Source: Alphaproteobacteria bacterium
GTDB lineage: Bacteria; Pseudomonadota; Alphaproteobacteria; Rs-D84
NCBI GenBank assembly: GCA_017935245.1
Contig: JAGBHZ010000003.1
Coordinates: 6,956 to 70,955, forward strand
DNA: 64,000 bases
Direction: 5' to 3'
Shown here: piece by piece, positions 18,611 to 28,767 of the stretch
Position numbering within the stretch: position 1 is the stretch's first letter
How the letters are laid out: every line of letters starts with the position of its first letter
Notes under the pieces: model-generated
The model's database searches: none
What the model saw: the letters and a program-made list of their open reading frames with translations, nothing else
What the model was told of the DNA's origin: nothing
Made by a program: the position numbers and the translations under genes

Positions 18611-19327
18611 ATGAGTGGACACAGTAAATGGCATAATATTCAGCATAAAAAGGGCGCAGCCGACGCCGCACGCAGTGGGCTGTTCACAAAACTGGCACGT
18701 GAAATTACAATGGCGGCCAAGTTGGGCGATAAAAACCCAGATAATAACCCACGTTTGCGTCTGGCTATTTTAACGGCACGCAAAAATTCTATGCCGAACG
18801 ACAATATCAAACGCGCAATTGAAAAGGCATCGGGTGCAAATACAGAAAGTTACGAAGCCGTTCGTTACGAAGGCTATGGTCCCGGTGCGGTGCCCGTTAT
18901 TGTAGAGGCCCTGACCGACAATCCACGTCGTACCGTTCCAGAAATCCGCAATATCTTTGCCAAAAATGGTGGCAATATGGGCGAAGAAGGGTCGGTTGTA
19001 TTTATGTTCACACGCGCGGGGCAAATTATGTATCCGGCATCAATCGGCAAAACCGAAGATGAAATGATGGAAATCATTATGGATGCAAATGCCGACAATC
19101 TGGAAACATCCGAAGAAGGCTTTATCATCACAACCAAACCCGAAGACTTTATCAATGCCCAGAAATTCTTGGCCGATAAACTTGGTGAACCGGAACAGGC
19201 CGAATTAACCTGGATTCCAAACATGCCAATGGACCTGGACGATGAAGCGTATGCAAAACTTGAAAAGTTGGTTGATGCGCTGGATGCGAATGATGATGTG
19301 CAGAAAGTCTTCACCGCCGCAGCATAA
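18611..19327 (+). CDS. YebC/PmpR family DNA-binding transcriptional regulator
   Basis: MSGHSKWHNIQHKKGAADAARSGLFTKLAREI..., 238 aa, family-typical throughout. Confidence 0.9.
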   Translation: MSGHSKWHNIQHKKGAADAARSGLFTKLAREITMAAKLGDKNPDNNPRLRLAILTARKNSMPNDNIKRAIEKASGANTESYEAVRYEGYGPGAVPVIVEALTDNPRRTVPEIRNIFAKNGGNMGEEGSVVFMFTRAGQIMYPASIGKTEDEMMEIIMDANADNLETSEEGFIITTKPEDFINAQKFLADKLGEPEQAELTWIPNMPMDLDDEAYAKLEKLVDALDANDDVQKVFTAAA

Positions 19328-19673
19328 AAATTAAATATAATAATTCATCTAAAAGCAAATCGGGCATCTTATGTAGCATTTGTACACTGCGATGCCCGAT
19401 TTGCTTTTATCTAAATCATTCTATTTAATTTTATCCAGTGCAAGGAGTTGGGTGTTTTTTTAATCTTGTGTAGCGTTTGTACACTACGCCATCGGTTTTG
19501 TTCTTATCTAAATCATTTTTTGTTTATTCTGCTTCAAGTGCAAGGGGTTGGGTGGTTTCGGGCATCTTATGTAGCGTTTGTACGCTTCGCCATCGGGTTT
19601 GCTTTTATCTAAATCATTCTATTTAATTTTATCCAGTGCAAGGGGTTGGGTGTTCCCGGGAATCCCATGTGCG
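19325..19673 (+). repeat. Tandem array (about 3.3 units) of a roughly 100-nt palindromic intergenic element
   Basis: Unit: long hairpin AAAAGCAAATCGGGCATC-[TTATGTAGCATTTGTACACTGC]-GATGCCCGATTTGCTTTT plus ATCTAAATCATTCTATTTAATTTTATCCAGTGCAAGGGGTTGGGTG. Units at about 19327-19454, 19455-19554 and 19555-19652, with a truncated fourth up to the xthA stop. Confidence 0.85.
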
Positions 19674-20444
19674 TTATTTTAATTCCAGCATTAATCCGCA
19701 ATGGTCGGTGGGTTTGTCCGCCAATCTTGGTTCCATATCAATTTCACAATTTTTTACCATTTTCATTGCCGCGTTATTACACAAGAAGTAATCCAGACGC
19801 AAACCCTGTTTGTTGCCAACTGTATCACGGCCACGATATCCGTACCATGTATAATCAATTTCATCCGGGTGCAGGGTGCGCCATGCATCAACCCAGCCCA
19901 TGCGCAACCATTTTGTCATAATTTCACGGGCCGCCGGTGCCGCAATTGCAATGCCTTCGTAATTTTTAGGTTTCCAGATATCCCGGTCTTCGATTGCAAC
20001 GTTAAAATCACCACCAATAATTACGGATTCTGGGGAATTGGTGTATTGCGAAATATAGTCTGTAAATGCGTTCATCCATTGTAATTTATATGGGAATTTT
20101 GGTGAATCAACCGTATCGCCATTTGGCATATATACATTAATTATACGTATGTGCCCATCGATTACGCATTCGATAAATCGGGCACTGGGGTCGGCATAGT
20201 TTGGCATGCCACAAATGACGTCTTCGATAGAATATTTTGAAAATATCGCAACGCCGTTCCAAGATTTTTGACCAAAAACCTTTACATTATATCCATATTC
20301 ATCAAACAGGTTGTGCGGGAACATGGCGTTTTCAACCTTTATCTCTTGGACCATGATTACGTCATATTCATTTTTACGCAAAATGTCCAAGAAACTTTGC
20401 GCATGCGCGCGAATGCTGTTGATATTTAAAGTAAGTATTTTCAT
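19674..20444 (-). CDS. xthA: Exodeoxyribonuclease III
   Basis: MKILTLNINSIRAH..., VMVQEIK, GVAIFSK, GGDFNV, RLDYFL, DHCGLMLEL. True ATG at 20444; the 5' extension of the ORF track to 20798 is non-coding. Confidence 0.9.
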   Translation of the reverse strand: MKILTLNINSIRAHAQSFLDILRKNEYDVIMVQEIKVENAMFPHNLFDEYGYNVKVFGQKSWNGVAIFSKYSIEDVICGMPNYADPSARFIECVIDGHIRIINVYMPNGDTVDSPKFPYKLQWMNAFTDYISQYTNSPESVIIGGDFNVAIEDRDIWKPKNYEGIAIAAPAAREIMTKWLRMGWVDAWRTLHPDEIDYTWYGYRGRDTVGNKQGLRLDYFLCNNAAMKMVKNCEIDMEPRLADKPTDHCGLMLELK

Positions 20445-20514
20445 GTTTGATTTCCTGTGATTCTTAGGTATAATAGCGTCAGTCCAATATAAAAACAACA
20501 AGGAAATTTTTGAA

Positions 20515-22095
20515 ATGAATATGTACAAATTACTGGAACAGACCACGGCAAAATATCCAGATAATTTATATCTGGTGCGTGAAAATGTTACGTATGCACA
20601 ATTTATCGAATTGGTTAAGGCACGTGCGGCGTCCCTGGACAAAGCCGGTGTCGTTAAAGGGGATATTATTGGTATTCTATCCCATAATATTCCAGAATTC
20701 CCAATTACTATGTTTGCTTTATGGTATCTGGGGGCGACGGTGTTGTTGTTGGATACAAACCTGACGCCGTTTGAATATGACAATATGGCAGAAATCACAA
20801 AATGTAAAATGGTTTGTGCGGAAAAGTCTTTTGTTTATAAAACAGATAAATTTAAATTCTATGATATAACCAAAAAAGATGGCAAGCCGAACCCAGATTT
20901 AAAGCCAGCGGCGGTTGAAGCATTGGATGTGGCAACAATGTCGTTTACATCGGGATCAACTGGCACGCCAAAGGTTGTACCATTAACACACTTTAATTTG
21001 ACCGAGTGTGCAAATTCGCTGGAAGATATGGCCGAATGGTTTAAACCGGGCTATTATTTGTACGGATTCTTGCCAATGTATCATGTGTTTGGGTTTGCCG
21101 TTGAAATATTGGCAACGTTACATTTTGGTGCCGGCGTTATATTGCAACCAACGGTTAATCCAAAGGAAATTATGGCGGACTTTAAAAAGTTTCGTCCCCA
21201 GGTTATTCCAGCCGTTCCCAGATTGTGGGAGGTTTTTCGTAACAAAATCATTGATAATGTAAAGGCCCAGAAAAAATGGTGGCTGGTATCATTTATTTTG
21301 AAATACGGTAAAACACTGGAAAAAATTGGATTGGGCGCATTGGTGCGCAAGGTGCAAAAACCAATCCTGGATGTGTTTGGTGGACGGGCACGCCTGTTGG
21401 TGGCGGGTGGGGCCGCAACCAAGCCAGAAGTTGAAACATTCTATGAACGTTTGGGCCTAACATTTATCCAAGGATATGGTTTGACAGAAACGGTTGGACC
21501 AATCTGTATTTCAAAACCAACGAAAAAACGTTTCCCATTTGCATTTGGTGGCCCAACATCAAATAACGAATGTGAAATTCGTGATAAAAACGAAGAAGGT
21601 GTTGGGGTTCTGTGGCTGCGTGGACACCAGGTGTTTGGTGGTTACATGAATAACCCAGGTGTTAATGCCGAAGTGTTTGATGAACGTGGGTTCTTTAATA
21701 CTGGGGACATGGTATCCATGGATAAAAATGGTGAATTGCACTTTGCGGGGCGCAAAAAACAAGTAATTGTTTTGGACAGTGGTAAAAACGTTTATCCAGA
21801 CGAGTTGGAAGGACTGTTTATCACAATCCCAGGTGTTAAAAATGTTGCGGTATTTGAACACAAGGTTAAAGATAAAACCGTTACTTATGGTGTGTTCAGC
21901 GTCGATAAAGATATGACAATGGAAAAATTGTCGGCGGCGATTGCGGCGGCAAATAAAAAAGTAGCCAGTTATAAATGGGTTACGCATTATGCCATGACCA
22001 CCGAAGATTTGCCATTGACCAGTACGCAAAAGGTTAAACACCACATTGTGCGTCAGAATCTGATTGATGGTAAATATCCAGATCGCCACGAATAA
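20515..22095 (+). CDS. AMP-dependent (long-chain) acyl-CoA synthetase/ligase
   Basis: AMP-binding motif SFTSGSTGTPKVV, GYGLTET, TGDMVSMDKNGELHFAGRKKQ, NVYPDELE. Confidence 0.85.
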   Translation: MNMYKLLEQTTAKYPDNLYLVRENVTYAQFIELVKARAASLDKAGVVKGDIIGILSHNIPEFPITMFALWYLGATVLLLDTNLTPFEYDNMAEITKCKMVCAEKSFVYKTDKFKFYDITKKDGKPNPDLKPAAVEALDVATMSFTSGSTGTPKVVPLTHFNLTECANSLEDMAEWFKPGYYLYGFLPMYHVFGFAVEILATLHFGAGVILQPTVNPKEIMADFKKFRPQVIPAVPRLWEVFRNKIIDNVKAQKKWWLVSFILKYGKTLEKIGLGALVRKVQKPILDVFGGRARLLVAGGAATKPEVETFYERLGLTFIQGYGLTETVGPICISKPTKKRFPFAFGGPTSNNECEIRDKNEEGVGVLWLRGHQVFGGYMNNPGVNAEVFDERGFFNTGDMVSMDKNGELHFAGRKKQVIVLDSGKNVYPDELEGLFITIPGVKNVAVFEHKVKDKTVTYGVFSVDKDMTMEKLSAAIAAANKKVASYKWVTHYAMTTEDLPLTSTQKVKHHIVRQNLIDGKYPDRHE

Positions 22096-22300
22096 AAATT
22101 AAATATAATAAATTATCTAAAAAGAATTCGGGAATCTCATGTAGCGTCTGTACACTACGATTCCCGAATTCTTTTTATCTAAATCATTCTATTTAATTTT
22201 ATCCAGTGCAAGAGGTTGGGTTGTTTCGGGAATCTCACGTAGCGTTTGTACACTGCGATGCCCGATTTGCTTTTATCTAAATCATTTATTTATCTTAGCA
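22093..22300 (+). repeat. Second array (2 units) of the same palindromic element
   Basis: Starts at the fadD-like stop with TAAAAATTAAATATAATAA, as after yebC. Stem is AAAGAATTCGGGAATC/GATTCCCGAATTCTTT with the loop TCATGTAGCGTCTGTACACTAC conserved. The second unit has chimeric arms. Confidence 0.85.
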
Positions 22301-22331
22301 AGTTTTCTGGTTCTATGATATAATTAGCCGT

Positions 22332-23522
22332 ATGGCAAAAGATAGATATATTTCAGTTAATAATAAAGTTAGTGGTTTTTCGTTCGCAAATCTGGGGCTG
22401 TTCACGGGATTTGCAGACGGTATTTATAATGCGGTGTATTCACTGGTTATATTAGATATTTTTCGTTCGTCGGCAATTGTTGGTGTGTATGTGGCGCTGT
22501 ATTCGGCGTTCTGTTTAATTGTTGGATTATTTGCAAACGAAATTTTTAGACGCTTTTCCAAGGTGCGGGTGTTTTATTTCGTTATGCTGATGTTGGCGGC
22601 GTGCTATGTGATGATGAGTTTTTCAATATTACCACGTACGTTTATTATTCTGGATTATACCAGTGGTATTGCCGCGACGTTGGTTGGGATGCTGATACCA
22701 TTGTTTATGTCGGATTTTTCACGAAATATTGGTATGGCGCGATTAAATGCACGATATCACTTATGGCTAAATATCGGGGCGTTGTTTGCACCAATGGTGG
22801 CGGTTGCAATTGCGGACTATTTCGGAACAAATCGTTCGGCGTTTTTTGCATCGGCAATTATTTATCTTGCAGGGTGGGGGGTGTTTAAATACTTTGCCAT
22901 TGTGCAAGAAGATAAAAAGATAAAGCCTGTGAATCCACGACGTACGTTTCGGGCATTGTGGAAAAATACGCTTGCGTTTTTCAAGGCGCCTGGGATGACG
23001 CGTGCATATTTGGTGAATTTTGGATACTATTCATTGCGGGCGCTGCGTGTGTTATATGTGCCAATTATGGTGATAGAGGCCGGATTTACCAAAGATACAC
23101 TGGGGTGGGTTTTGACGCTGGGGATTGTGCCGTATTTACTGCTTAGTGAAACGATGGGAAAATTGGCAAAAAATTATGGAAATAAATTGTGGCTAACGCT
23201 GGGGTTTTTATCTTTTGCAGGATTGGCCGCAATTGCAACCGTTGCAACGGGATATCCACTGTTGGCGATATTTGTTTTGTGGCAGATATCGGGGGCGTTG
23301 ATGGAATCGGTGCATGATTTGTTGTTCTTTGATGGGGTCAAAAAATCACAACAGACGAAATTCTATGGCGTGTTTAGAACAAGCGTAAATTTGCCCAGTG
23401 TTATCGTACCGGCATTGGCCGCAGGGGTGATTTCGGTGTTTGGTGCAACGGCCGCAGTATGGGGAATAAGTGCCGCCGTCGGGGTGCTGGCAACAATTGT
23501 TTTGTTGGCCGAAAAAAGATAA
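22332..23522 (+). CDS. MFS transporter
   Basis: 396 aa, about 12 hydrophobic segments, two-halves organisation with a central loop (VQEDKKIKPVNPRRTFRAL). Confidence 0.7.
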   Translation: MAKDRYISVNNKVSGFSFANLGLFTGFADGIYNAVYSLVILDIFRSSAIVGVYVALYSAFCLIVGLFANEIFRRFSKVRVFYFVMLMLAACYVMMSFSILPRTFIILDYTSGIAATLVGMLIPLFMSDFSRNIGMARLNARYHLWLNIGALFAPMVAVAIADYFGTNRSAFFASAIIYLAGWGVFKYFAIVQEDKKIKPVNPRRTFRALWKNTLAFFKAPGMTRAYLVNFGYYSLRALRVLYVPIMVIEAGFTKDTLGWVLTLGIVPYLLLSETMGKLAKNYGNKLWLTLGFLSFAGLAAIATVATGYPLLAIFVLWQISGALMESVHDLLFFDGVKKSQQTKFYGVFRTSVNLPSVIVPALAAGVISVFGATAAVWGISAAVGVLATIVLLAEKR

Positions 23523-23586
23523 GAATCCCTTGATTTTTTTGGATATCCCCGCTATGATTTTATTAAGAAAATAAAGGGGAAATATT

Positions 23587-24663
23587 ATGGCGAAAAAAGA
23601 TGTTGTAAAAGATGCGGCGCCCGCTAAAAATCCAGCGTTGGAATCAGCATTGGCACAAATTCAAAAGCAGTTCGGAAAAGAAGCAATTATGAAAATGGGC
23701 GATGGGTCCCAGCAAAATATTGAAGCGATTTCATCGGGGTCATTGGGACTGGATATTGCGTTGGGAATTGGTGGTTATCCCAAGGGACGTATTGTTGAAA
23801 TTTATGGTCCAGAAAGTTCGGGTAAAACAACACTGGCATTGCATGCGGTTGCAGAATCCCAGAAAAAAGGCGGTACATGTGCATATATTGATGCGGAAAA
23901 TGCACTGGACCCAAGTTATGCGAAAAAGTTAGGTGTTGATGTTGCAAATTTAATTATTTCACAGCCCGATTCCGGTGAACAGGCGTTGGAAATTGCAGAT
24001 ACCCTGATTAAATCGGGTGCGGTTGATGTTGTTGTTATCGATTCGGTCGCAGCATTAGTGCCCAAGGCAGAATTAGAAGGAAATATTGGGGATTCGTTTG
24101 TTGGTACAACCGCACGTTTAATGAGTCAATCGTTAAAAAAACTGGCGGGGTCGGTTTCGCGCAGTAATACATTGCTTATCTTTATTAATCAAATTCGTGT
24201 GAAGATTGGTGTTATGTTCGGTAATCCAGAAACAACGTCGGGTGGTAATGCGCTGAAATTCTATGCGTCGGTGCGTCTGGATATTCGTCGCACAGGTCAA
24301 ATCAAAGATAAAGAAAATATTATCGGTAACGAAACCCGGGTCAAGGTTGTAAAGAACAAGGTTGCACCACCGTTCCGTACGGTTGATTTCAAAATTATGT
24401 ATGGCGAAGGGATTAGTCGCATCAGTGAAATCTTGGATATGGGTGTGAAATATGATTTAATTGAGAAAGCAGGCAGTTTCTATTCATACAACAGTGAACG
24501 TATGGGCCAGGGCGAAGCAAATGCCCGCGCGTGGCTGAAAGACCATGAAGATGTACAAAAAGAACTGTTGGATAAAATTATGGCACGTGCATCCGGTATT
24601 GCCGAAGAAATGACAACCGGCCCAATTGATGAAGATGATGATATGAAAGATTTAGAAGAATAA
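23587..24663 (+). CDS. recA: Recombinase RecA
   Basis: [46 protein letters not shown], acidic C-tail. Confidence 0.97.
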   Translation: MAKKDVVKDAAPAKNPALESALAQIQKQFGKEAIMKMGDGSQQNIEAISSGSLGLDIALGIGGYPKGRIVEIYGPESSGKTTLALHAVAESQKKGGTCAYIDAENALDPSYAKKLGVDVANLIISQPDSGEQALEIADTLIKSGAVDVVVIDSVAALVPKAELEGNIGDSFVGTTARLMSQSLKKLAGSVSRSNTLLIFINQIRVKIGVMFGNPETTSGGNALKFYASVRLDIRRTGQIKDKENIIGNETRVKVVKNKVAPPFRTVDFKIMYGEGISRISEILDMGVKYDLIEKAGSFYSYNSERMGQGEANARAWLKDHEDVQKELLDKIMARASGIAEEMTTGPIDEDDDMKDLEE

Positions 24664-24853
24664 ATCCAAAGGAGTCTGAATATGAAAAACGATATGGATG
24701 GCTGAGCAAAAGGAGTGGATGATGCGTGAAACAGAATATATTTATCGAAAAGTAAAAAAAGAATCAGATGAGTGGTAGTGATTTAATCCCCAGTTGGCGA
24801 TTGCGTTGCTGGGGGTTATTTGTCAGATAACAATAAAAACAAAGGGGTGTTTT

Positions 24854-25750
24854 ATGAATATTTCGCGTATGTGGGCAATGACTAAAATCGCAGTTTTTGG
24901 GCATATACTAAATTGGCCATGGCGTTCGCGTGAACATCGCCGCGCCGTCAGAAGTGATGTTATTTCGCGTATTATTCCGCAATATTTTAAACGTTATTTG
25001 CCAGCGGCGGCCGCGGTTGTTGAACGTAAAGTTGAAAAAAATGATAAAAATGACAAGATTTTCACACTGTGGTTACAGGGCGAGGACAAAGCGCCACCAT
25101 TGGTAAAGGCCTGTTTCAGAAATATCAGAAAAAATTGTAAACAGGAATTGATTGTCTTGGATATGGATTCTGTGTTTGACTATATCACATTGCCCCAGGT
25201 AATTGTTGACAAGTACAAGGCCGGTAAAATTGGACATGCGCATTTTGCCGATATTTGTCGTGTGGAATTGTTGTATAATCATGGTGGGTACTGGCTGGAT
25301 TCAACCGGTTTTGCAACCGCGCCAATTCCAAAGTGGATTGCGGACCAAGACTTCTTTGTTTATATGGCGGGGCAAAAGGTTGGTAGTCCGTATAGTTTTA
25401 TGCAAAACTGTTTCATCCGTTCGCGCAAGGGGGCATATTTGCTGGATGCGTGGCGTGCGATGATATTAGATTACTGGATGCATGAAAATTCAAACTTTGA
25501 CTATTTTATGCATCAATTGCTGTTCAAGACAATGGTTGAAAATGATCCGCGGGCAAAAAAATATTTTGCCCAAATGCCACATGTTGACCAAGATCCAACG
25601 CATGCACTGTGGTGGGATTATCATGATAAACCGTTTGATAAAAAGACGTTTGATGAAGTTACCAGTGGGGCCTTCTTTCAGAAAACAACATATCACCAGG
25701 CGAAAAATCCAATTCCAGGTTCGTTTGCCGATGAAATGATTAAAATGTAA
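24854..25750 (+). CDS. Glycosyltransferase, capsular-polysaccharide-synthesis (Caps_synth/GT32-like) family
   Basis: IFTLWLQGEDKAPPLVKACF and HFADICRVELLYNHGGYWLDSTGF, typical of this family. ATG 24854 follows AAAGGGG. Confidence 0.55.
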   Translation: MNISRMWAMTKIAVFGHILNWPWRSREHRRAVRSDVISRIIPQYFKRYLPAAAAVVERKVEKNDKNDKIFTLWLQGEDKAPPLVKACFRNIRKNCKQELIVLDMDSVFDYITLPQVIVDKYKAGKIGHAHFADICRVELLYNHGGYWLDSTGFATAPIPKWIADQDFFVYMAGQKVGSPYSFMQNCFIRSRKGAYLLDAWRAMILDYWMHENSNFDYFMHQLLFKTMVENDPRAKKYFAQMPHVDQDPTHALWWDYHDKPFDKKTFDEVTSGAFFQKTTYHQAKNPIPGSFADEMIKM

Positions 25751-25759
25751 GGATTTATT

Positions 25760-26776
25760 ATGCCAGCAATTTCCGTAATTATCCCAGTGTATAATGTTGA
25801 AAAATATCTGCGCAGATGTCTGGACAGTGTGCTGAATCAAACATTTCAAGACTGGCAGGCGATTTGTGTAAATGACGGCAGTCCAGATAACAGTGCCGAA
25901 ATCTTGGACGAATATGCAAAACGTGATTCGCGCTTTGTTGTTGTTACCAAGAAAAATGGTGGGTTGTCGGATGCACGTAATGCGGGGATGAAAAAGGCAA
26001 CCGGTGATTATATTATGTATCTGGACAGTGATGATTTTATTCATCCCCAGACAATGGAAATTGCCTATTCGTTGGCGATACGCGATGGGTCAGATATTGT
26101 ATCGTTTACGTATGACAGAATTTATCGTCCGCAATTAATGGTGCGTCATGTGTTAAAAATGGATACGGATAATGTTGTGCCAATGCGGATGCATAAAAAA
26201 TACAATCTGGACAAGATTAAAACGCGTGTAACAGATGATGTGTTTGAATATGCAACCGAACGTACGCATAATAAATTTAATCCGAAACGCAAATGGCTGA
26301 TTAAACATTGCCAGGTGTGGAAGAATTTGTATAAGCGCGAATTAATTGAAGATATTTTGTTTATTAAGGGTATCTTGTTCGAAGATTTCCCATGGTGGAG
26401 CAGGGTTATGTTACGCAATCCGCGTGTTACAATTGCGCCATTGCCACTGTATTTCTATATCCCAAATTTTGGTGGTATTGTGTTAAGTGCAAAGCAATTA
26501 CGTATTATGCAAAGTCTGTGTACCGGTATCGCGGATGCATATGTGGCGTATGAAAAAAATGCAACCGATTATCAAATGCAACGATGGAATGCGGAATTCA
26601 AGTGGTACTTTATCAGGTGGGCGTTTCGCAAGATTAAATACTTGTCAACGGACGAAGATATGGCGGCGGCACGGAAATGCTTTGTTGATTTGGAAAAAAT
26701 TGGGGCACTGTCAAATCCGCCGTATAAATGGGCCGTTCAGACACGTGATGATATTTTGAAGTTTATAGGAAAGTAA
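25760..26776 (+). CDS. Family 2 glycosyltransferase
   Basis: ISVIIPVYNVEKYLRRCLDSVLNQTFQDWQAICVNDGSPDNS, YIMYLDSDD (DxD). Confidence 0.85.
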   Translation: MPAISVIIPVYNVEKYLRRCLDSVLNQTFQDWQAICVNDGSPDNSAEILDEYAKRDSRFVVVTKKNGGLSDARNAGMKKATGDYIMYLDSDDFIHPQTMEIAYSLAIRDGSDIVSFTYDRIYRPQLMVRHVLKMDTDNVVPMRMHKKYNLDKIKTRVTDDVFEYATERTHNKFNPKRKWLIKHCQVWKNLYKRELIEDILFIKGILFEDFPWWSRVMLRNPRVTIAPLPLYFYIPNFGGIVLSAKQLRIMQSLCTGIADAYVAYEKNATDYQMQRWNAEFKWYFIRWAFRKIKYLSTDEDMAAARKCFVDLEKIGALSNPPYKWAVQTRDDILKFIGK

Positions 26777-26780
26777 TAAA

Positions 26781-27944
26781 ATGTCGCGAAAAAGTAAGGT
26801 AAGGGTCGCATTTTGTCTGCGTGATATGCAATTGGGGGGTGTGGAATCGGTGATGATTCGAACACTGGAACAATTGGTAAAGCGCGATGATATGGAAATT
26901 TCATTTGTGTCATATGTGAAAATTACAGAACCGGTATATGTTGACTGGTTCAATGTACATCCAGAAATAAAGCGATATGTTCTTTATCCGTGTCCGTGGT
27001 TGGGAACAAAACTGAGACATTTCTTTTTATTACGTTTTGTTCAGCATGTCATGCGTGATGTATATCGGTGGGCGCGGCGTGTGTTTCTGCGTCATAAAAT
27101 TTTGGCAAATGTTGATGTGGTGGTTGATTACTATGATTTTGGATTTCGCAAGGAATTAAGACGTGTGAGTGCAAAAAAAATTGCATGGTGGCATTCGTCA
27201 ATTAATAAATTTTTAGCCCGGGCCAGTTATATAAACTATGTTAAATATTATGATTTGTTTGTAACGCTGACCGATGGGTTTGTTGATGAATTTAAAACGC
27301 GTTGGCCACAATATAAAAAGAAAATTGTGCGTATGTATAATCCAATGGACATAGATGCAATTCGCGCACGTGCAAATAGTGCGCCAAGTGTTGGGGCGGA
27401 TAACTATTTCGTATGTGTGTCCCGATTGGCGGGGGATAAAGATATTGAAACCGTGCTGCGTGGATTTGATAAATTTGTTAATGAAAATAACAATCCAGAT
27501 GTTCGTATGGTGTTTGTTGGTGGGGGCGATGTGGATAAATATCGTGCAATTGCAAATAAACTAAGTGCGCATGAAAAAATTGAATTTGTTGGGGCCCAGA
27601 AAAATCCAATGGGTTTTATGCGGGGCGCAATGGCAAATATTTTGTCCAGTTATAGCGAAGGATTACCAACCGTTCTGTTAGAGGCAATGGCCGTCGGAAC
27701 CGTAAATATTTCATCAGATTGTAAAAATGGACCACGCGAAATTTTATTAGATGGGGATGCGGGTTTATTATTTGCGCCGGGAAATGCAGATGAACTGGCC
27801 CAGCATATGGATAAAATCTGGAACAATAAGATTGCGGTGGAAAAATTAAAAAATACCGCAACAAAATCGTTGGCACGTTTTGATGCGGTACAGATTGCAA
27901 CCGATGTTGCAGGACGTATTAAAACTAAACGTCGGATTTCTTGA
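26781..27944 (+). CDS. Family 4 (GT-B) glycosyltransferase
   Basis: GGVESVMIRT near the N-terminus. C-terminal EGLPTVLLEAMAVGTVNISSDCKNGPREIL (E-x7-E region). Confidence 0.8.
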   Translation: MSRKSKVRVAFCLRDMQLGGVESVMIRTLEQLVKRDDMEISFVSYVKITEPVYVDWFNVHPEIKRYVLYPCPWLGTKLRHFFLLRFVQHVMRDVYRWARRVFLRHKILANVDVVVDYYDFGFRKELRRVSAKKIAWWHSSINKFLARASYINYVKYYDLFVTLTDGFVDEFKTRWPQYKKKIVRMYNPMDIDAIRARANSAPSVGADNYFVCVSRLAGDKDIETVLRGFDKFVNENNNPDVRMVFVGGGDVDKYRAIANKLSAHEKIEFVGAQKNPMGFMRGAMANILSSYSEGLPTVLLEAMAVGTVNISSDCKNGPREILLDGDAGLLFAPGNADELAQHMDKIWNNKIAVEKLKNTATKSLARFDAVQIATDVAGRIKTKRRIS

Positions 27945-28767
27945 ACCGTTCTGGTATTTTTACAACAATTTTTATTCCCAACATGTTCGGTTTGTTCCAT
28001 GCGTATGGCGCACGAATAAAGCGCTGAATCATGCGGGCGATTTTTATCCATCTTTCGCCACGGGCCGGACGATTGGTTACATCGTTTATTGTTCCATTGC
28101 CACGACGTTTAAGATGGTTGACCCAATCTTCGCCGCGTTTGGCCGCCTTGGCCAATAACATATCCATATCAACCGCACCAAAGTGCAGCAGGTATAAATT
28201 TTTATCAATATGAAAATTGTGATTCTTGACCCGGTGAAAGCCCGAACCCCAATCGGCCGGTTTGTTTAATACAACCGGTTTGGTATATCGGGTGGAAATA
28301 AATGCAAATCCGCGCTGGGATAAAAATGACTTTGTGGTGTCCAGTGGTTTTTCGTGTTCCATATGCTGGCCCACGTCCAGCCCCAGACCAGATAATGTGG
28401 TATCGATTTTTTTATTCGATAAATATTCGGCCAGTCCCATATTGCAATTTGGATCAACAATTAAAAATTCATCCGCATCACAACCAATAACAATGTCGTA
28501 TTCGGTTAATAACTTTTTAGCCAACTTGGACATTAATCCAATTCTGTATTTATCGCCGGCGGCACGCGACATGTCGGTATGTGGTAATTTTGTTACGGTT
28601 GCGGCACCGATGTTTTCAGGTATCGTCTGGTCGGTGCCGTCCAAGTATATATACAAATTTTCAGTGCCAATCGCGTCGCCATAGTATTTTATCCAACGTG
28701 ATAAAAAGAATTCATCATTGCGGGCCATTGTTATGGCGGCGATTCGTTTTAATGGTTTTTGTTTCAT
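27925..28767 (-). CDS. Glycosyltransferase family 2-like (Glyco_tranf_2_4 type)
   Basis: AAITMARNDEFFLSRWIKYYGDAIG..LYIYLDGTDQ, GCDADEFLIV. 3' end overlaps the convergent GT4 gene by 20 nt. Confidence 0.5.
   Translation of the reverse strand: MKQKPLKRIAAITMARNDEFFLSRWIKYYGDAIGTENLYIYLDGTDQTIPENIGAATVTKLPHTDMSRAAGDKYRIGLMSKLAKKLLTEYDIVIGCDADEFLIVDPNCNMGLAEYLSNKKIDTTLSGLGLDVGQHMEHEKPLDTTKSFLSQRGFAFISTRYTKPVVLNKPADWGSGFHRVKNHNFHIDKNLYLLHFGAVDMDMLLAKAAKRGEDWVNHLKRRGNGTINDVTNRPARGERWIKIARMIQRFIRAPYAWNKPNMLGIKIVVKIPERFKKSDV

Noticed and set aside
19325-19673. Possible CRISPR array, because of regularly spaced repeats.
   Set aside because: The units are about 100 nt and directly abutting, with no unique spacers. 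The whole unit including the 'spacer' part is repeated at 22.1 kb, and no cas genes are present. It is a palindromic intergenic repeat, not CRISPR.
20445-20798. N-terminal 118-codon extension of the xthA ORF, overlapping the start of the acyl-CoA synthetase gene.
   Set aside because: Exonuclease III homology begins exactly at MKILTLNINSIR (ATG 20444). The extension is hydrophobic or low-complexity and overlaps a well-supported divergent gene.
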